Assembly (NCBI GenBank): GCA_963816145.1 | Contig: CAWFJP010000002.1 | Span: forward strand, 256,001 to 320,000 | DNA from: an uncultured delta proteobacterium | Lineage (GTDB): Bacteria; Desulfobacterota; Binatia; UBA9968 | Direction: 5' to 3' | DNA: 64,000 bases | In this document: in pieces, positions 63,540-64,000 of the stretch | How positions within the stretch are numbered: position 1 is the stretch's first letter | Layout: every line of letters begins with the position of its first letter | The notes under the pieces: generated by a model | Database searches by the model: none | Told to the model about the DNA's origin: nothing | The model's input: only the letters and a program-made list of their open reading frames with translations | Made by a program: the position numbers and the translations under genes

Positions 63540-64000
63540 TCAGCTTACCGCAGTTACTAAGGCAAATCGCCGGATCGCTTCGATATGCGCCGACGGCGAC
63601 ATCAGTCCCGACTTCATGGTGTTGAAGCTCACGTGGGTCGCGCCGAGATTTTTCCACGCTTCTAGATCTTTCTGCCAAGCGTCCGGTATGCCCTGGCCGT
63701 AGCTGATGCGACCTTCGATGCCGATGGATTGCGGCTCACGGCCTGCCGCCTTCGCATCATTGCGAATCTTGTCAATCATTGCCCGGCATTTTTCATCCGG
63801 TCCGACGAGCGGAAACCAGCCGTCGCCAGTACGCGCCAACCGGCCCAACGCGCGCTCATCGCTGCCGCCGAACCAGATCGGTATCGGCCTTTGCACGGGC
63901 AGGGGATTGATGCCGGCGTCGGTGATCTTATGCCACCGCCCTTCGAATGTTAGAGTCGGATGGGTCCAGAGTTGGCGCAAGACTTCGATCTGCTCTTCGG
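63540..64000 (-). CDS. LLM class (F420-dependent) oxidoreductase, 5' truncated by window edge
   Basis: PLPVQRPIPIWFGG, DGWFP, GATHVS. Confidence 0.85.
   Translation of the reverse strand, partial: EEQIEVLRQLWTHPTLTFEGRWHKITDAGINPLPVQRPIPIWFGGSDERALGRLARTGDGWFPLVGPDEKCRAMIDKIRNDAKAAGREPQSIGIEGRISYGQGIPDAWQKDLEAWKNLGATHVSFNTMKSGLMSPSAHIEAIRRFALVTAVS

Overview
Bacterial chromosomal window with a high-GC backbone. Gene content (many NMT1/SsuA and TctC solute-binding proteins, MetE-like and LLM-F420 enzymes, cupin) resembles Ca. Binatia/Binatota-type deltaproteobacteria, an inference only. Housekeeping genes: gpmI, comF, an ArsR-methyltransferase (SahR-like) regulator with metH, purM/purN, two mgtE, HtrA protease, tatA, AsmA-like, typA and an MdlAB-like exporter. 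Accessory parts: (1) a low-GC, translationally coupled two-gene cassette at 12.6-15.7 kb encoding a Zn-ribbon + ADP-ribosyltransferase-like protein and a 752-aa TPR protein ending in -LLLAA, the best candidate for an undescribed toxin/defence system; (2) an orphan Flp pilin fused to a long Gly/Ser linker and a second membrane anchor; (3) a sigma54-controlled transport operon (18-31.5 kb) with 7 binding proteins and a TctA-TctB fusion, bounded by a deletion scar and an IS3 remnant; (4) a smaller low-GC patch at 54.5-56.3 kb. Three genes carry single frameshifts, possibly assembly errors. Several palindromic repeat families are present. No tRNA, rRNA, CRISPR array or integrase was seen. All family calls are from motif recognition by eye, not database searches.
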